Source of the DNA: Patellaria atrata CBS 101060
Lineage: Eukaryota
NCBI GenBank assembly: GCA_010093705.1
Contig: MU006095.1
Span: 1,157,016 to 1,221,015 of the forward strand
Length of the DNA: 64,000 bases
Direction of reading: 5' to 3'
A model generated the notes under the pieces. The model was given only the letters and a program-made list of their open reading frames with translations, was not told the origin of the DNA and did not search any database. The position numbers and the translations under genes were made by a program. This document shows, piece after piece, positions 50,467-64,000 of this stretch (within the stretch, counting starts at the first letter, position 1; each line of letters begins with the position of its first letter).

Positions 50467-51038
50467 TTCTAGTAAAGGATTTTCTGGTCTTGATGACTGG
50501 CCGCCTTTGATTAGTATTTGATTCGGGTTCTATTCGTTAGACTTGATATTATAAAAGACTAAAGGGGGCCAACTTAAAAGATGATTGATATAGAAGCTTC
50601 TACAGTTTTTTAAATCGATTGTAAGGAAATTTATTGGTGTGGGAAAATGAGCGTTATGAAATCATAGATGAATATCAAAAACTTCGCGACGAGTACATGT
50701 AACGATTAAAGAATCTACGAAGAAAACACTAATATTATCCTCACGAGTTTTTGGTAGCTTCACCTTGGAGAAAATGAAGGTGTGAGCGAGGTAGTACTTG
50801 TTCGCTCCTCCTAAAATAGATTCGAGTCAAATGTATGGCGGGCAGATTTGTTGGTATGATATAGCATGATAGGATCCACTCTTTCCACAAAACTAGTTCT
50901 TAATGAGAATGGTCTCCTAAATCTTATGGATACCCTCAAGACATTGGGTTTTTTGAGATAGCTTGACGTGTAACTTCTCGAACATAAAGATGGTACTCAC
51001 CATCTAGAGTCAGACTCGGGGATTGTAACCAATATCTC

Positions 51039-53780
51039 TCATGTCTGCGGGGCTCTACCTAGACCAGTTGCCATCCTAAGTATCCAGTGTAGCCACCCCT
51101 CCTTTTCTTTCGTTTCATCCTCATAGTCTTTCAACTTCCGCTCCACAAATTCAATTCTCTTTTCAAACTCCTCAACGCTGTCTTCAACGTCCTCGACCTT
51201 TCCTCTCAAGGCAGATACCTCATATTCCAGCTTCGCAGTCACATTTTCGACATCCGTAATCGACTCTTGTAGGTGTGTTTTTTCCTCTTCGAGGATCTCT
51301 TGGACATCAGCAGAGAGGGTACGGAACGTCTCGAGACGGGGCTGATACACTTGCTCCAGAGTTTCATTGTCTTGATCTGCAAGGTTTTCCAAATCTTTTA
51401 CTCTCGAAAGTTGGGAATCTACCCAGGTTCTTAGTGTATCTTGAATAAGTACTATCCGGTCGCGCGTTTGCTTTGCCAGCTCTGCAGCAACTATCTCGTT
51501 CACTAGTGCTTTCTTTGGATCTGTAGGTAGGCTAGATTCACTTTCTGAAGCTGGAACGATATTCTTCCAAGTGAGGATACTCTCCTCAGCGATGCTAAAA
51601 GATAGATGACGAGGCCACCACTGGTCGTTTCGAGCAGTCGTCCGTAGACTTCTATACCTTGAAAAACTCTTTGTTCGACGGAGAAGTAGTCCAACATGTT
51701 TTTCGGGACCGTCATGTTCCTGAAATATCTCCTCAAGATCGACTCCTTGGTAAACCGACCCAGCTATGGAAGGGTCGGCCGTTGGGATATTGTATTCTGG
51801 TTCATCGTCTGGAGGAACAACGGCGCCTAATTCCGGTTGCTCGTCATTAGTAGACGGTGCAACATGATCAGGGAAGAATGCAATCTTCGATTCATGAGGG
51901 GTCTCCGAGTATACCTTAGTAAAGGTTGGGGAGGATGTGACATCGTCCCGTTCGCGGGTTGGCGGTCGCTTCACAGCATTCTTTGTGTCTTTCGTAGTGA
52001 CTAGTCTATCTTTGAATTCTCCAGTAGTTGGGGATATTCCCATATCACCCGAATTCTCGGTCTCAGTCCGCCTGAGACCATTTTCAGCATCACTATGTCC
52101 AGGATATCCGTTCTCATCTCTCGAGGATTTGTTTGTCCCATGCTCTCGGCGACCCACAGCGTCTTTGATACGTCCAAGTCCACTTCGAGCATCGGTCATT
52201 TTACCAGTCGCTCGTTTGAGCAATGTTTTCTTTGAAGATTGATCTTTATCGGTACTGTCAATCAAGGGCTGTTCTTCCGGAGAGTATCTCTCGTAGGTCA
52301 CAGATTCCTTCCGGAGTTTCTGTATGTCTACATTCGTTGAATCTTTCCTTTGGGTGCCCCATGCGTATCCACCTTGATCGTCCTTCTGAAAGACAAGACC
52401 CTCACTTCCGGGTAGTCTATTGAACATGTCCCCGGAGTTCGTCTTGCGTGGTTTTGCGTGCCAAAGCCATTTTGCTTTCTCGCCTTGAACGAGCTGAGCA
52501 AATCTCTCGATATCAGTAGTCTCTATCTCAGCAATTCCTACTTTGTCTCGGGCACCAACCATGTCCATAACCATTTCCCCACCCTTACCACTTAATTCCG
52601 CCACAGTAGACTTCACAGCATGTGGCATTTTCCAGCCTTCGCTACTAGCAGCTTTTGCAGTCGCTTTATGGATACGCTCTAGGGTAAGGCGATCTAATCT
52701 GCGCGTCTTTTTGATGCGCTGTGACTTCTGAAAATATGCTATCCCTCTTTTGGTACTCTCAATGTCGAAGACATCTTTTGCAACAGGTGCAGAATATGCA
52801 TGTAACCGATTTCTCGCTCCCATGAGCATACCTAGAAGTGCAGCCACAGTCGTAGGACCTAAGATACCGTCATGTGGTTCTATCATGAACCATTCAGTTC
52901 CGAATTCTACCCACCAGTCATTGATAGCTTTCTCCGTAACATCACATAGTAACCCATCAGCGTATTCGGGTTCAAGTTTGTCGAATAGCATCAATGCAGC
53001 TTGGCAAAGTTTTACCAGTTCGATAACAGCACTGTATAAAGGAATCTTATCACTGATTTTGTACAATTGGTGGAATTTGGCTTGCGTAGCGCTATTCGGT
53101 GTGGTCAGGGTAAGGGCCACACGCCCAGAGCAGCCGAGCCTTTTTAAGTTCTCGTTGACGAAAAAGTCTTCCCTGTGTTTTCTGACATCTCCTTCAGGTA
53201 CGGGGATAACAGTTAAGGATGAAGGGAATGCGCTAAGATTTGTAACCATCAATATGCCCAAATGAGTTTCCCTCGGACGAGCATGGTATTGATTCAGCGC
53301 TTTGAAATACACAGAGAGTCTGGGTGACCATTCTCGTTCATCCGTTGACACACTGAATACATTTACAGCCACAGAGTGTGTTGGATCCCCTGAGTAGGTG
53401 GTTATAACAAACGTAGGATGTGTTCGGGAGCAAGCCCACTGCTCCACGATATAGCATTCGAAGCCCTCGAGCTTTTCGCGGCGAGCAAGGACTTTGACGG
53501 AGGGATCTTCTTCGAGGTACCTGTAACACTTGTTAGAGCATGATTTGACGAGTAACATTAGAACTTACTTGAACGCTACCGGATCAGTGAGAACAAACCG
53601 TTGGTGAGACTGCTTAGGGCCACCGAGAGAGGATCTTTTCGGCGACGTGGACTTCCTAGTCGAGTTGACTGAAGCGGATGATCGGCCGAGATTGGTATTA
53701 TAGAGCTGTGATGTCTTAATTTGTGGAAGTCGTCTGCGCAGATCGGCATCTGTAGGAACAAAGCGAGAGGGTGTAGCCAT
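51039..53780 (-). CDS. Sin3-binding protein Stb2/Stb6-like
   Basis: FVLTDPVAFK|YLEED...YIVEQWACSR, YADGLLCDVTEKAI; C-terminal coiled coil. Confidence 0.9.
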
Positions 53781-55312
53781 CGTGGTAGCTTGAAACAGTA
53801 TCCGGAAATTCTAGCCACAGCTAATTGCGAAAAGAAGACGGTTTTAGATCCACGGTGTAAGGGAATTGAAATAAGAGAAGGGCTCCCCCATCGCATAGAA
53901 TGAGAAGAAGGCTCAATCTGCGGACATCCCGAACATTCACGGAATGACGTCGTGTGTAGTTCTAGGATTAAGAGAGACTGCCCGCAGCATAGTGAAAGAC
54001 GCCAAAGTTCACGTCGGAAAAGACTAGGCCAAATATAAGGAGAGGATAGTGCTCAACGAAGCCCGCATACACGGGAGAGGGTGCAAAGGTTCTCATTTCA
54101 ATTTAACGCGTTGTCATCTGCTCTAACATCGCCCAGCGACGAGTTGTGGCCAAAGCTCCTCAACTTTATTTGAACCATTTCTTGGCTGCAATGACAACCT
54201 TACCTTATTAACACCTGGAAGGTTAAATATCTCCTATACGCTCTTTCTTCAAACCATCTTCCACAGTGCTTACTATACAGTATAAGAAAATAGAAAACGT
54301 AAGGGGACCCGGAGCTACTCAATCGACTTAGCTGTGCAAACCGTGAGGATTTTAAATGAACCAACTAATGTTGAGCAAGCGTACAGAGGCAGATAAAATG
54401 CCCAATCCAGCACGGGAGGACATGCTGTGCCGCGACTTGGTGTCCACCTCATAAAGGTGATCTCCATCTTGACTGTTCGTAACATGAATACTATACAACG
54501 GACCGAACCTAGCAGCGTCTCAATTCATATACTACAACTTCAGAGCAAAAAGTATCACTGAACCCGACGAAGACGACAAGCCAAGTGCCCAACTGCTGCC
54601 ACAGTCATCCGTGACAAAATCATAACTACTATTGGAGCGACCTCCAGCTCGTCCATAGGGATCGTACAGACCACAAACTATGACAGAGTCAATAGTACCC
54701 TACTCTCCGTACAGCAATTGTATATTGTTGATGGGTGTGCGCTCTGATTAAGCGCTTCAGAGTCTAGGCATGGCTAGCTGTATGATTCGCTCTGACGGAC
54801 TCTGACTTAACTGTACAGATCACGGAGATCTCCAACGGGGAGGAAGTCAATAGTAATCCATTAGATATGCAGGAACCGTACAGTAACTGAGGAAGCGAAT
54901 ACTAGAGTAGTAGAGCAATAGTGATTCCTTCAAAAACGGTATCTTAAAGGAATTCGGACCAAGTGATGCCGTAACCGTTTAACGAGTCGGCTGCACAACC
55001 TCTCAAAACAATCTCCGACTTGATTATTCCGATTACGAAGATCCCGACTTGCGAAACGATTGGTAGTATCCCGTTATAGGTATAGTAAAGCGCAGAAAGG
55101 GACCGATACAGTTGTCTACAAGCGTAGCATTGTTAAACCTTATTATGATTCATTTCAGTCATGGCATTAGATTGTTCTTCAGGACAACACCCCCTAGTCA
55201 CCGTCTCTAAAATCCCTCTCTGCATTCCTACCCTTCTCTTTCGATCTGCCTCTCTCATTCGATATACTGCTCGCTTTAGATTTGCGGCTCCTTAGCGACT
55301 GGGTTTCGGCGG

Positions 55313-57763
55313 TTAGCCCAATGCTATTGCCCGCATGCTCCCCTTCTGCAGTCCACGCTTCGGAACATTGAATGTATCTACATGCTGCTCCTTCTCTTCA
55401 TTCTCGAGTTCGGCGGGGCTACTCTTCGTCGTCCTCACACTCTTATCATCGTCCGGGTTCAGGGACGCATGGATGAGTTCCTTCAGCTTCTCACGGGCCA
55501 TTTCGCGGGACTGCGCAAGGACGTGTTCGCGACGGACGAGCTAGCGTTATAGTCAGCATCAGCACTCACAAGCGCATAACTGACCCGACATATTATTCAG
55601 GAATAAGAAATTATTAACTCACCAGCTCCTTACACTGCAAATCCATCTCGACCTGTCTATTCATCGAATCCCCGAGCATCCTCAACTTCACATTCGCCTT
55701 CAGATACCTCGAGCACGGCACGACCTCCTTAATATACTTGTCCAACTTCTTCTTCACATCCGCCAATGTCTCGTACGATAGCTTCGATGCAAAATCCGGA
55801 AGGTTCACCGTCTCCTTCAGCACCAACCCCTTCGATCGCGACAGGTTAGAGATCCAAACATCAACAATCTTAATGTGGGCGATTTGCTCCGTGACGCCGT
55901 CGCAGGTACGGTGGAAGACGGTGTAGAGGAGGAATATCTCGTCTACGATGAGTTCTTTGGCTTCGATTATCACGTGGTCGCCAACGTCGTAGGGTTGCTT
56001 GGAGAAGACGAAGGAGCAGGATTGAACGAATTCCGTGACTGTGTCCGCGAGGGCGAAGGAGAGACCCGTTATCGTGGTCCAGATAGGGGTAAGGTAGTTT
56101 CCGAGGTTATTTGTGAAGAAAGCGGCTATGTGTTGTTAGCTACTATGTTATACTCTTCTAACCTACAACCTTTCTGTTCAATGATGATGTGGCTATAAAA
56201 TACTACAGGGATGAAGTGGTAATCATAGACAATCCCCAACCGAAATGGGCAGATGTATGATCCGACAAAGTAGGTAATCACAAACTTACCATATATGATG
56301 GCCATGATCACAAGCATAAGACCAGATACAACAATATTGACACTCTTAGCCGTCTTCTTGATCCCATCCAAGCTTTTGTTAATATCTCTTAGAGACATAC
56401 GAATCTCCAAATCGACATCAACCCACTCTTGCAGGCTCGCTTCCTGGTTTCCATCTTTATCCAAAATCTCAATGATTTCCTTCGCCATAAATGGCCGGTT
56501 GCCCAGATACTCAAATGTGTTCATCTTATCTAAAGGTGGCGTATCAAGCATCTTTTGGATAGATTCTTTCGTGAAAATCGTCTGTGATAACTCAATAGTC
56601 TCGAGTTTTAACTTTGCTTGGAACCAAGCCGTGAAGCTTGCCTCAAGTTGCTTTCTGAGAGCGCGTAAGAATGTTACACCATCAGTGTCAAAATCCTCGT
56701 CCTTGCCTTTTCCGTTCCAGTACCGGTCGGCGAGGTTGTCGAAGTCATGAGGACTTGGTGGCTTGGAACGAAGGAGAATATTTGCTTTCCTGAGTTTCTG
56801 GTACTTCTCACCGAAGTAATCCGTGAGTTTCGCCCAAGTCGATCTGCTCGTATTTGCCCGATCCTCCACGAGGAGGAGATGAGCTTGAAAATGCCGCAAT
56901 ACTTTTTTCAACCTGGACCTCTTCAGTCTCGTCTGCGACCTTGTGATGATTAGTTGCATGAGGAGGTCTTTGGCAAGGAAGACAGCACTCGCAGGCAGTG
57001 TAGCCAGTAGGACTGTTCTAAAAATCTCAATCCAATGCACACCGCAGCTGTCGCTCTCATTGTAACACATAATGTCGACCGTACAATATGCGATGATCGC
57101 GAGGAAGAAGGCGTTTATGGAGGTTTGGCTCTCTAGCAAGAAGCTTTTGTACGAGTTCAAGTGGGCTTTTTCGCACACTTGGTACCATATCTTTCCAAGG
57201 GCCCAGGCAATGAAGTACATGAGCCACGCAGCCGTCCACAATACTTCAAGCCAGATCAGAAACCCGGAGACTCTAATACCATCCATATTTCTATCGGAGT
57301 AGGCGGTTGCCGTAACTACCAGCGGGGGAACAATCAAAATTGCTCCCATGAGCCACCATGTGGATGCTCGAGTTCGTTTGACCACCTGACTAAACCTTTG
57401 GGGTTCTTTTTGCTTCACCTCTGCGACAGTGGCCTGAACAGGTTGTTCCTCTTCTGCTGCTGCATTTTCTGGAGTCGATTTAGTGGTCCGCTTAGACTGT
57501 GCCTCTAGATGATTGGAGATTTCAAATACTCCGGGTTCCTCGTCCAGTTGAAATCTTGTAGAGCCAGCTTTCCCAGTATCAACACTTTTGCGTACAATTA
57601 TACCGGTGTCGGTTTGAATCTCTGAAGACTCGGTGCTTCCGCGTACGTCGATGCTCTTGTTCGTCTTACTCGTGAATTCAACGTTGTTCCGGACATTGGT
57701 ACGGCCATCATATCCCGGTGGTTGCAAACGAATACTTCTACGAGCACTCTTCCCGATGTCCAT
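55313..57763 (-). CDS. MscS-like mechanosensitive channel with an EF-hand (Msy-type), divergent
   Basis: Multiple TM helices, LDKDGNQEASLQEW EF-hand, TVFHR...ISNLSRS motif. Confidence 0.85.
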
Positions 57764-58181
57764 GGTGTCTAACGGACAAGATTGAAATCTAGGTAGCAGA
57801 AGGAGACGGGCTGGAAGGCGAGGCTGGACGCGCACACACGCGGCGGATCGTCCTCACAAATTCTCTAGTGGTATGACATATTGCGAAAAGCACTGAGGAA
57901 CCTAGGCAAGATAAATAATTGAGGATGGAATACCGCGTCGAATACCTAACTCTTTCGCCTACCATTTGAAAGTAGAACAGAGCCCCGTCGGACTCTTTAT
58001 ACCTATATACTAGAAGTTGAGGAGAAAAGAATTGTTACAGTCTTGGGACGCCAACTTTGTTCCTCTCTCAGCTGAATCCTTCAGCCTCTTGCTCGGAAAC
58101 GGACATGATTGGCATGATATTGTGCCAATCATCCATACGCTAGACTCTTCACAGCTTGATTGGGAATTAAGATGCTAGCTG

Positions 58182-58458
58182 CTATCTCAGAAGGGCTTGA
58201 AGATGCTACCAAACTTCTGTCCAGCCGATGAGGAGGTGTATCGTGGTCCACTTGCGCAGTCTTTTTTGGTGTTGTAGTGATCTTGCCACCTACGTATTTT
58301 GCCTTATCTTCTCTAGGCCAGTCCTTATTTTTCTCTAGGTGCGTCTCTCATTCTCTAGGCCAGAGGTAGATCTAGTGCACGACCCAAAAAGCGGCTCAAG
58401 CCACCCTAGAGATCTTCAGCTAAGATTTTGGTAGCATCTTCAGGTGCTTCTGGGATAG
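58182..58458. repeat. Imperfect ~280-bp foldback, MITE-like or hairpin-RNA-like
   Basis: 58182-58213 is near-complementary to 58427-58458, with additional inner complementarity. Confidence 0.6.
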
Positions 58459-59335
58459 TCTGAACCACGGATCAAGATTCAGATATTGCTCAATTATTAG
58501 CGTAAATTGCAAGATCATCGCAAGGAGGAAGAATATCTTGATACCTGCAATTTTTGGATGTTGAATATCGTTTCTATGACATGAGATATCGACAGTCCTA
58601 ATATTTAGGTCCTTTTAAAGTTTGCCAGCCTCTTTACTTCAGGCTTGCTCTCATCGCCGACAAGTTATGGGTACGGATTAAGCACTGATGGGAAGATCAA
58701 GCGTTTCATGTGATGCTGGTTTCCGTCTAGCTCTTAGAAAGCGGAACGGATCCTCTTTCTAGCGCCGCTCTATTCCTGTATAGCTATCGCTATGCTGTTA
58801 TTGTGAACTCACGCCGAGGGTTTAACATGTGCGTAATCGCTGCTGAAAGTTGGTTGACGACTCTGGCACATAGAGGAATACCTATCTACTAGAAATATAA
58901 GTAGACACGTTTTAAGACATGAGGTCGTAATAAAGTAAGTTCTTGAAGCAGTCAAGAATGGTTCAACCAATCATAAGCCTAATGTATATTTGGATCGTCG
59001 TGTAACGTTACTTACTCGTAGCTTCTTTCAGATCAACCCCAAGGAGACGTTTCTATTTTTCAGGTATATTCATGATATCCCAGGAGATTTAGAAGAAGCA
59101 ATATTGAAACTACATCTCGCGTTATAAAGTTGTACAATAGCCCTAAGAGGCTAAACTAAGATAAACACAAGAATCCACATGCCTGGATATCCCGTCCTTA
59201 TGGAAATCAAGGATAAGAAGACCAAATTATTATTACTACCGTATCATGCTCAAAGCCTATCAATACTCTATGCGTCCAGCCCATAGTTTCCAGACGCCAA
59301 GCTTGATGCCTTAGTTAAATCATTTAAAATGAACA

Positions 59336-61087
59336 TCATCGCTTTTGATCAATCGCAAAAGTTGAGGCGCCCTCTGCGGGAGGAGGAGGCGCGTAATCTC
59401 GTCGCGGCCCATCGATAGGAGGCATATCTGATGCAATAGCATCTTCATAGCTCGGTGGTGCATCATCATAACCAGGGGCTGCTCCACTATGAGGAGCAGA
59501 CCCTTGGTAAGGCTGTGCAATGGAAGGACCAGCTGGAGCCAAATATTGTCCTTGCTGTGGTGAAGGATATTGGTGAGCTCCAGGGGAGTCAATGGGAGAA
59601 TGGGGAAACCCAGCGTGCGAATTTGGTCTCGGCGGTAATACAGGTTCTTGGCTCGCTGCATTCAGCATCCGTTCAAGCAGAGCCGGTGGAGGTGCGATGC
59701 CGGAAAATATCTTGACCGGTAATCTCAAAGGAAGGACGATGAGCTGGTCTTTACCATGTTGGTATGAGCCATAACCAAGCCCTACGCGAACTTCTAATTC
59801 ATAGTATCTGGAGATGTTACAGGTCTGGAATGACGGTGCAATCGTATTTGGCAATGTCTTCCCAGCCCAGTATTCCCTGTTGATGCTAACCTCAGTTCCA
59901 ACTGGATCAGTTGGTGAGCCGAGTGGTATAGCCATATTACTCATACTCAAGACGACCCAACCGTTCGTTTCCGTTCGCACAACATCGTGGGCTACTATTT
60001 TAGTATAACCTATGATCTCTATTTGAACCATCTGCAAGTAGACGTTTTCATCGCGTTCACTAAGTTGCTTCACAAGGATTCTAAGAGGGATTTCTTCATT
60101 GCAAGTAAGGATTGAAGGATTTGGAAGACGAGCATCGACGCTGAAACGAGCAAGAGGCATTTTGGATTCCATAGGAGAAATAGGTGTAGCTGCAGGCGTG
60201 CCTGCAGGTGTAGTAGCAGAGTCTGTAGAAGATTTCCTCGAGAACCATTTTTCCACCTTCTTGCTCGCACTGGGTTCCGAAATGCTAGGTCTGAACTGGT
60301 GTTGTCGTCTCGCGTATGCTTCTCCATCTGCCTTCGGTGGTCGCGGTGGCTCAATAGGGAGGAAATTGAAAGGTGCAAACTAATACCGCGTATCAGCCAG
60401 TGATCGAAACGGACACCTCGTCGAACTTACCGCACGAGGGTTCTCCTTGAGAAGAGACGGTCTGTTCACTGTCACCTTCACATAGTACTTTATCTCAGCT
60501 TCTCCCGGGAAGCCGCTCAAGGATGGGGGTAGTGTTTGTTTGACATGGCGTGTGGGAGTCTTCGCGACCTCGACTTGGAGACCAGCGAAATTGAGATTCG
60601 TGGATAAACTATTTGCGGTATTGCAGGCATTGTTGATAGGTAACTACTCGACATACTGATTAGCTAAATGCTATATAGCATTAAGGATGTAGTGTTCACC
60701 TTGAATTGGAAAGGATACTCATAATTTCCGGCAGTTAATGTATAGCTTGTGCCTAGTGGTGGGGCATTGCCGTTCCCTTGGAAAGGTGGGAATACGCAAT
60801 TCACTTTGTAGAGAAGCTATGTATGCCGCGTTAGTTCTAATCCTGTCTCTCTTTCAAAAGCGTGACCTTTATTAACTTACTTTATGAACCTCAAGAACAG
60901 GTTTGGCTCGGTCATTATAGCCGGGCCGTGAGGGAGCTAGCAGGCGGGTTTTACTCTCACCTTCAAGTTTGACGACTATAGAAGAAATATTGGCATTATT
61001 GGAGACCCTCAGATAGACCCTCCCAGAGATGAAATCGATATTGGTAAAGTGGGAGTGCGGTCGATCGAGGACTATTGTGACGTTCAT
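59336..61087 (-). CDS. Alpha-arrestin-like protein, multi-exon
   Basis: ISGRVYL...IVVKLEGESKT, YEYPFQFK, PSFQTCNISRYYELEV and PPSY motif. Confidence 0.9.
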
Positions 61088-62125
61088 GGTCCGAAAATAA
61101 CGGGACTGTACAAAAATTTAGTTGCCTCAAGTGAGCCTAAGACAAGAACAACGCGGGTTAAGACGCGTTAAAGAGTCCAGATCAAGCATGACTACCTGAC
61201 TCTCCAGGTATTGTTTTGCAAACTGTATTGATCGGTTCACCAAGCGCTGGTTCGTTGTGCATAGCCACGATACTGACGATAGCCTCTTGTCACTGACGCG
61301 GCAGAAGGCTCGTTAGGCTTTTACATCACTGTTAAGCACCAAGTCAAATTTCTCCGACTTGGGTTTCCATGCCTCTTGCCTGCAGGTCAAACGCCTGCGT
61401 GCCCACAAGCCACGCGAACACGACTGCCTGCATCTTTATGGTGACTCCTTTCAGATGTATCAGTTTTGAAGTTCAACCGTAATGAGAAAGTGACGATGAG
61501 AAGGGAAATATATCCGAGCTGCCTCGTTTCGACTTTCCCCTCCCCTGACGTTACCTGTTAGGCGTGCCACACATCTCAGCCACCGATTGCGCATATCAAG
61601 CTTCAGCTACGGTACCTTATCAACCTAAAACGGTTCTATCGAGCGCTTCAAGTACTAGATATCTACTACACTTTACATGAATCGTTGACTCGACCCAGCC
61701 AGGCCTCCTATAGGTACAGAACTCCGTAATACATCTTATGAGTGTAGTGTAGTCAAGGAGTGTAGTTCGAGCTTAAACTCAAAAACGCAAGGCAGAATAG
61801 GTCCGAATGTCTTCCTGATCCTATCCCCTGTTTGATTGGTCTGCATACCATTATGCCGATTACTCATAAGATGGCCCCTTTGCTAATGACAGGGCTCCTG
61901 CGATCATCAGTCGTACAGAACAGCACAAACCTGAAGCATAGTCGGGCCCTTATCTGATAATAGGACCACAGCTTCTACTGCCCTTTAAGGGACCCAAGGT
62001 TTTGGTTTCGTCTAAAATATGTTTGCCGTTATACAGAATACATTGGTCGGGCTCTATAATGCTGCGTTTGTGCACGATATGACGACTTTTGGTTTGCCTC
62101 TCGTATATAGGAATAGCCTCTTTCA

Positions 62126-63662
62126 TCATAGCCCTTCCTTTGCTAGCATGTCTATAAACACATCACGTCAGCGAGAACTAATTACAGGGTTACTGATGAG
62201 ATAGCACTTACCAGCAATATCGAGGTAGAAAGCGATAGCGTTGAATCTGTAAATCGTAAGCGAAGTCCGTAAGACATGAAGTTTATGCCCACTTCCGTCC
62301 TTGGCCAGTTATGGAGTAGAAGAACCACTGTGAAACCGGTGAGAATGATGATCTACTTGATTCTAGCAAGATGGAACTCTAACCTTCATACGATTTGACC
62401 AGTTGATCAGATCCAAATGACTGACTCCAACTAGAGTTCCCTTGTACTCCCCCCATTGACTACTAGCAACACTAGGAGATATTAATTCAGTAATGATTCA
62501 TATAAAGATAGGGTATAATATTCACCTGACGAGCCCATCATTCGGAGAACCCTCCATTCGCTTAATGATTGCATGGGACGGACGGAAGATCGAAAAGAGT
62601 GTTGGTTCAAGCGTAGCCCCGTAGGAGTAATACCTGATACCTCAGTGATGGTAGTTCTAAAACAATCATTATAACGGAAATACTTACCGCACTCCTCCCC
62701 GGTCAGGAGTTTTCGGGTTAAAATTTTCTTGCATATATTTCCTCGTCAATTGTGGGAATGCCGCGTGTTCGAAGCCAAACCATTCCATAGCCTTAAATAC
62801 TCTAGGCAGTCGAGTAGCTAGAATAGATAAATCAGAACATTTGCGTGCTAGCTAAAGTTATAATTCAACTCACTTCCAATGAGATCAAATGTGTAATCTG
62901 CAAAAGCCGACCCTGGGAATTATCAGCGTCAATCACTCATAGGAGCTTGGTGTGGTTCACCTCTATGTGGAGTAGCTATAGTGGTCAACGATAGCGCGTT
63001 GACATTGGTTGGTTTGAGTTGACTGAGCATATATCTCGAATCGAGTCCGCTTATTATACATTAGTTTGAGTCCTTCACTGGTATCAATGTGCATACCCCT
63101 ATAGCAGTAAGCATCACATTTTGAAATATTATTCATATACCACATATTACCATGCTATGTCTGTTAGTCGAATTAGCATCATTTCTTTTACTAGTAGAGC
63201 GAAAGAAAACGAACGCTATGATATTGACGCTCTTTCCGGCTGCCTTTTGAGCGATGATTTCAGATAGCTTTTCAGCTCTAGCTTCGATCGATCCGGATGG
63301 AGGAACCGTTGCAATAATCACTTCGATGTCCTTTTCACGCAACGCTTCGGTAATGCCACGCCAGTACTGAACGCCTGGTAAATTTGGAACCAGACGAAGC
63401 TCGTTGAATCCTAATAATCCGTGGGCAAGGATCAAGGGATTCTTGGGCTTTTCTGCACACATTCATGAGCTCGTGACACATTGCCAATGGAAGTTCATTG
63501 ATATTTACCATAGTTCTCGCGGATGATAGCATATTCACCTTCGATAACTCGACCAAGATCACCAAGTTTGGGGTCATTTAACAAGACTCTTGCAGTACTG
63601 AACGCTCGGTGTTGATAGGGACCTCTGCAAACTGCTGCGCAGAGTGAACGTTGTATATACAT
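62126..63662 (-). CDS. Triacylglycerol lipase (Tgl2-like alpha/beta hydrolase), many exons
   Basis: LILAHGLLGF, spliced IIAHSMGGLDSR nucleophile elbow, ends MLAKEGL*. Confidence 0.9.
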
Positions 63663-64000
63663 CGTATGAGTTGATTTCTGCAGTATGCATATTGAAGTAG
63701 GACCCATCAATAAAATAATCACAAAGATGAAATGGGTAGCAGTTGAGATGAAGCTCTTCACGCGTTTACAGGGTGAGCTCGCTTAGTATGACGTCGTTAA
63801 AAGCGAACTGTAAGAAGTCTCTGCTGGGCGAATATTTTTCTTATAACAGATATTATTTTGATACCTGGGAAATTTGGCTGATGAGTATTTTGATTGGTGC
63901 TTAACATGCCAAAGAATTTTCATTGTAGCATACATCATAAATTTAGTCCAGAATAGACCTCCCTTCTATGATATCAGTACAGGACGCACCAAGTTCATTG

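Noticed and set aside
54660..54930. Recurring GTACAG/CAATAGT motifs and small hairpins
   Set aside because: Irregular spacing and short matches, indistinguishable from chance by eye

Overview
Intron-rich, gene-dense genomic DNA from a filamentous ascomycete (Pezizomycotina). It holds about 21 protein genes: urease, an HMG-box protein, dynein light chain, MRD1, a TEA factor, a dsRBD protein, UTP11, NIT3, a Cmc1-like protein, an SDR, an enoyl-CoA hydratase, RPL20, CSN12, BTB proteins, STB6-like, an MscS channel, an arrestin and a lipase. The ORF track misses several non-coding features: a strong telomerase RNA candidate (~13.1-14.6 kb), an intronic snR64/U74-like snoRNA, an unidentified Pol III-type structured RNA (~28.1-28.25 kb) and an unidentified ~600-nt structured element (~31.8-32.5 kb). 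An accessory island at ~28.9-39.1 kb carries a HET pseudogene, a head-to-head caspase-like protease / DUF6594 membrane-protein pair and nested solo LTRs. All calls were made by eye. No searches or folding programs were run, and exon boundaries are inferred from splice signals.
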